Source: an uncultured Fibrobacterota bacterium (lineage in GTDB: Bacteria > Fibrobacterota > Chitinivibrionia > Chitinivibrionales > FEN-1185). Taken from it: a DNA stretch of 64,000 bases. Position 1 is the first letter of the stretch. Each line of letters begins with the position of its first letter. The notes under the pieces were generated by a model. The model ran no database searches. It was not told the DNA's origin and was given only the letters and a program-made list of their open reading frames with translations. A program made the translations under genes and the position numbers. Location of the stretch: contig CAVSQB010000032.1 in the NCBI GenBank assembly GCA_963729895.1, positions 11,597 through 75,596 on the forward strand, in the 5' to 3' direction. Positions 60,040-64,000 of this stretch are shown piece after piece.

Positions 60040-61682
60040 CCTAAATCCGTGAGAAAAACTTTGGCATTTTGATGATTTTTCGTGTAGATTAAGGGTGAAT
60101 GGTGCTTGACTAAATGGCAGTTCACATTATTCACCCGGAAGGTGTCATGCCAAAGCCGAGAAAGTTGATAATCACGGAGACGGACGAGTTTCTGACCAGC
60201 CATGGTGGAATGGCAATGATCGGGATGCTTGCGGAGCGATCCGGTTTGCGCGAGCGTGTTTCGCAGGTTACTCCGGACAAGAAGAGCGGGAGTATAAGCA
60301 CCGCGGACGCGCTGCTGACCATGACGGGGCTTTTGTGTCTTGCCAAACCAGACTTTGACGGGGTCGAGCAGTTTCGTGAAGACGACTATTTTCAGGAGAT
60401 GCTTGGATTGAAAGCGGTTCCTTCCGAGGCTACACTGCGGCAGCGAATGGACGAAACGGGCCTGACCGTTCAAAACGCAGTCCTTTCCGCTTCGGCGTCC
60501 CTGTTGAAAAAAGCAGCGCCACGGCTCACCGCCTGCTTTGGACCGTATATTCCGATTGACGCTGACGTATCTCCTTTTGACAACAGTGGTTCTCATAAGG
60601 AAGGCGTAAGCTGCACGTACAAGTTGTTCGAGGGATATTCTCCGATGCTTGCCTACATAGGCGTGGAAGGCTACCTGCTGAACGCGGAGTTGCGCGAAGG
60701 GAAACAACATTGCCAGGAAGGAACTCCGGAGTTTCTGCGCAAGACCATAGCCCTTGCTCGAAAAATAACGGATCGTTCGATCCTTGTGCGTCTTGATGCC
60801 GGACATGACGATATTGAAAACATGCGAGTCTGCCGCAAGGAAAAGGTCGATTACATAATCAAACGGAACATACGCAGGGAATCTATTGACGAATGGCTCG
60901 TGGATGCTCAAGCGCTCGGTGACTGGCGTCATCCTCGTGAAGGCAAGACCGTGTACGTTGGTGAGACAATACGGGAAAGAAACGGCGAAAACATGCGCGT
61001 TGTGTTCGAGGTGATCGAACGGACAATCGACCGCGACGGAAACGCCTTGCTGCTGCCGGATGTAGAGGTTCACACGTGGTGGACGAGCCTGAGCAGACGC
61101 AACGCCGGCCCGGACGACGTTATTGCAGCGTACCGGGATCATGGCACCAGCGAGCAGTTTCACTCGGAGCTGAAGAGTGATATGGCGCTGGAGCGGCTTC
61201 CCAGCGGGAAGTTCACGACCAACGCATTGGTGTTGACGTTGGCGGTTCTTGCGTTCAACATGCTGCGGCTCTGCGGCCAAGTTGGAATCGACAAGGGGTA
61301 CGTGCCGCGTAAGAAAGTTGCACGCCGGAGATTGCGGAAGGTCATTCAGGATCTTATGTACATAGCAGCACGCGTGATAACGCATGCCCGCCGGTTGATG
61401 CTTGCCCTGTCGCGGCGGAATCAACTCCGCATAGCGTGGACGCAAACGTATCTGGCGTTCGCCACGGATGGCTGACCTAAGGAGAGCAATAAACGGAAAT
61501 AGACCCGTAACCAAACAAACGTCGCCACCGACACGTTGAGTGTATTTGTCAACCATGGGGTCAGAAGCGCAAATCATAGTGGAATCACCCCGGCAACAAC
61601 TTATCAAGAAGCCTTAGCAACCATATTCGTTCTTGTCAACGCCGTCAATTTGTTTTTAATAACCTTATCTCACGGAATCAGG
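60040..61682 (+). mobile_element. IS1380-family element, copy 2 (tandem)
   Basis: Same IRs, same length and identical protein. Confidence 0.9.
60114..61475 (+). CDS. IS1380 transposase
   Basis: Identical translation to 58463-59824. Confidence 0.93.
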   Translation: MAVHIIHPEGVMPKPRKLIITETDEFLTSHGGMAMIGMLAERSGLRERVSQVTPDKKSGSISTADALLTMTGLLCLAKPDFDGVEQFREDDYFQEMLGLKAVPSEATLRQRMDETGLTVQNAVLSASASLLKKAAPRLTACFGPYIPIDADVSPFDNSGSHKEGVSCTYKLFEGYSPMLAYIGVEGYLLNAELREGKQHCQEGTPEFLRKTIALARKITDRSILVRLDAGHDDIENMRVCRKEKVDYIIKRNIRRESIDEWLVDAQALGDWRHPREGKTVYVGETIRERNGENMRVVFEVIERTIDRDGNALLLPDVEVHTWWTSLSRRNAGPDDVIAAYRDHGTSEQFHSELKSDMALERLPSGKFTTNALVLTLAVLAFNMLRLCGQVGIDKGYVPRKKVARRRLRKVIQDLMYIAARVITHARRLMLALSRRNQLRIAWTQTYLAFATDG

Positions 61683-61883
61683 AAGGAGTTATAATTGTTC
61701 TGACCAGATTGAAAGAGGATTTTCGCATGTCATAATTGTGAATAATCTTGTTTGCTATATCTTGAATTAATTCCTTTTGATCTATTCTACGAAGAACTCT
61801 TCCATCAAGCAAACCTGATAAAGATAATGAACTATTTTCTAATCTATATATTTTATCCCAAAGAGATGCTATTTTTTTAGGTA

Positions 61884-62776
61884 ATTATAAAGGATCTTGC
61901 ACCAAATTAGTGATCATTTTGACAAGTTTTTCAAAGAAATTTTCATGACGATGATTGTACCGAAAAGCCATTTCGTTCAGATACCCTGGAAAGTATTCTT
62001 TGGAGACTCCATGGAACTTTGCAAGACGTTCCTTAGCATAGCTCCAGAAGCCTTCCAAACCGTTAATATAAACTTTGCCTGTGGCAAATCTTTTCCCATG
62101 GTCGACTCTCAAATGCCGATAACCGCAGAACATCAGGGCGTCATAGCCGCGGAATTTGTCAGTGTAAATGATGGAGCCTCGTCTGACCATTTTCACAGTC
62201 TCAGTCAACAGGCTTTCGGCAGTGACGTTTTTTACTACTGTCACCTTCACTTTTCCGTGTCTCTCCAGGATACCAAAGACGGGAACCTTTCCGGCAGCAC
62301 CCCGGCCACGTTTACCTTTACGCCTGCCGCCGAAGTAGGATTCATCGAGCTCAACCTCTCCAGAGAGCCAGAAATCGCTTTCAGCGACCATCAAGGCCCT
62401 TCGGATGAGATTACACATCCGCAAGACCGTGGGATAGCTCAAACCGATCTGAGTTGCTATCCTGCGTGCTGAGACTTCCAGTTCAAAGAGCTTAATGATC
62501 CACAGCAGCTTTTTCAGAGGGACGCGGCACTGACCAATCCACCGATTCGAGAAGTCATGAAAGGTATTTCCGCATCGTTTGCACCTGAACTTTTTACCTT
62601 TTAAACGATAGATTTTATGGCTGTTACAATTGATGCAGAAAACATGGCCATTTTTCCAACAGAACTTTCTGAGGAACAATTTTGCCCTGTTTTCAGTTTT
62701 CCCTATGAATTCAAAGGTTTCTAATTGACTAAAGCCCATATGCACAAGATAATTCCTGTGCAAGATGTTTTATAAT
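61884..62776 (-). mobile_element. IS1595-family element
   Basis: IR attataaaggatcttgcac / gtgcaagatgttttataat; exact ends ambiguous because TTATAA could be the target duplication. Confidence 0.85.
61885..62739 (-). CDS. IS1595 transposase
   Basis: Zn ribbon; ELDESYFGG, IYTD, INGLEGFWS, YLNEMAFRYN motifs. Confidence 0.93.
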   Translation of the reverse strand: MGFSQLETFEFIGKTENRAKLFLRKFCWKNGHVFCINCNSHKIYRLKGKKFRCKRCGNTFHDFSNRWIGQCRVPLKKLLWIIKLFELEVSARRIATQIGLSYPTVLRMCNLIRRALMVAESDFWLSGEVELDESYFGGRRKGKRGRGAAGKVPVFGILERHGKVKVTVVKNVTAESLLTETVKMVRRGSIIYTDKFRGYDALMFCGYRHLRVDHGKRFATGKVYINGLEGFWSYAKERLAKFHGVSKEYFPGYLNEMAFRYNHRHENFFEKLVKMITNLVQDPL

Positions 62777-63131
62777 CACCTTTTTTTATTATCACTAATT
62801 TCCTGATTGTCTTGTTTTGCTGTCGTTCTTAATAGCTTTTGCGCAGATTGTATTGCTTGCTTTCGAGTATTATTATTTGAAAACGTAGCCGTTTCAACAC
62901 TTTTTTCAGCCTCTTCAAGAACCTTTTGAAGATTCAATTGCTTGCTACGAACTTTTGATGCGCTGCGGCAAAGGTTACTCAAGTGTTTGCAAAGCAATAT
63001 TGCTTGTTCAAGAAAACATTCGTAATCAGGTGATTGTTCAAATCCTGAGATGGTCCGGGATTTTTGAACAGGAAATAATGGTTTCTTAGTTGGATTCCGA
63101 GGGTATTTTTTCATTATCAAAGGAGTCCAAC

Positions 63132-63494
63132 ATGAACCGGAAGCAGCAAGCGAAGGCCGCCGCGATGTCCCCGAACAGCGATGGCAACCCCGCCAAGCGG
63201 ACCCGCCGCAAGATCGACGACGCTCTGAAGACGAAGGTGGTTCTGGAAGCCTTGAAGGAGGCCGAACCGCTGTCCGTTTTGGCAAGTCGGTACGAAGTCC
63301 ATCCCAACCAGATAGCTCAGTGGCGCAGGCAGTTTCTTGGCAACGCGCAGATGGCTTTTTCGGGAGACAAGAACGCCGAGCAAGAGCTTGAGCGCGTTCG
63401 CGGTGATCGCGATGAGTATGCACGCAAGGTCGGGGAGCTGACCATGGATGTCGAGTTCCTAAAAAAAAACTTGCGGAAGCTGGGCATGCTATGA
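63132..63494 (+). CDS. IS3 transposase OrfA
   Basis: Identical translation to 13539-13901; A9 at 63461-63469. Confidence 0.9.
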   Translation: MNRKQQAKAAAMSPNSDGNPAKRTRRKIDDALKTKVVLEALKEAEPLSVLASRYEVHPNQIAQWRRQFLGNAQMAFSGDKNAEQELERVRGDRDEYARKVGELTMDVEFLKKNLRKLGML

Positions 63495-64000
63495 GAGCAA
63501 AGATGGCCGATTCTACAAGCGAGGACTTGACTTTGAAGAGGCAGTGTTCGCTGCTTTCCATTTGTCGGACCTCGATTTACTATACGCCGCAGACTAGTCC
63601 GATGAACAAGTTGCTCATGGATCGTATCGATGAGCTATTCACCGATGACCCCACGCGGGGCACCAGAAGGCTCCGGGCGGCCATGAGGCGTCAGTTTGGG
63701 CTGGAGGTTGGGGCGCAGCAAGATTCGCAGGCTGATGGCCCGTATGGGCCTCCACGCGATCTACCGGGCCCTGAACACCTCGAAGCCCAATAAGGCACAC
63801 AAGAAGTACCCGTATCTGCTTCGTGGCGTAGTGGTCAACCACCCCAACCAGGTGTGGAGCACCGATATCACCTACATCCGCCTCAACGGCGGCTTCGCTT
63901 ACCTCTGCGCCGTTATCGACTGGTACAGTCGGTGCGTCCTTGCATGGCGTCTGTCGACCTCGCTGGACAGCGGCTTCTGCATCGAAGTTCTCAAGGAGGC
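63491..64000 (+). pseudogene. IS3 OrfB with +1 G frameshift (possibly a sequencing error)
   Basis: GGGG at 63710-63713 versus GGG in the first copy. Confidence 0.7.

Larger units (their letters stand above)
58349..63045 (-). pseudogene. AT-rich ORF(s) fragmented by IS1380 x2, IS1595 and IS3
   Basis: Removing the IS1380 pair rejoins ...LVRTIITP|YLRKDIDLKHL*; upstream piece 62776-63045 does not rejoin cleanly. Confidence 0.55.
63046..64000 (+). mobile_element. IS3-family element, second copy (runs off window end)
   Basis: Same sequence as 12635-13987 in the opposite orientation. Confidence 0.93.

Noticed and set aside
55824..61607. Long antisense ORFs over the IS5 and IS1380 transposases
   Set aside because: Shadow frames that cross IS boundaries and lack domains

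Overview
Bacterial chromosomal window, most likely Fibrobacterota (Chitinivibrionia/Chitinispirillia-like). The assignment is inferred from a Fib_succ_major fragment and an OmpA-TPR-TPR-ExbB-ExbD-ExbD-TonB cluster. Three zones are visible. (1) 1-16.5 kb is an accessory, partly decayed zone around a dif-like site (11964-11991), with DUF72 and a split DUF72 paralog, Spy-like and signalling genes, IS3 elements, a RAYT remnant and a tandem HNH-like protein. (2) 16.5-51.4 kb is core-like: dacB, nrdR, tRNA-Thr(CGT), an Omp85-peptidase, a PAS hybrid kinase, and a ~22 kb co-oriented envelope gene run linking an Agl/Glt-like ExbBD-TonB/TPR machine to an OM barrel, an NTT-HEAT-cNMP fusion and a sugar ABC importer. 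One gene in this run has a striking loss of C-ending codons. (3) 51.5-64 kb is a minus-strand array of gene cassettes (Fic, degraded ORF, BRO-N) separated by long attC-like hairpins, invaded by IS1182, IS5, a tandem IS1380 dimer, IS1595 and IS3. All family calls come from motif recognition by eye; no database searches were run. No CRISPR array or rRNA was seen.
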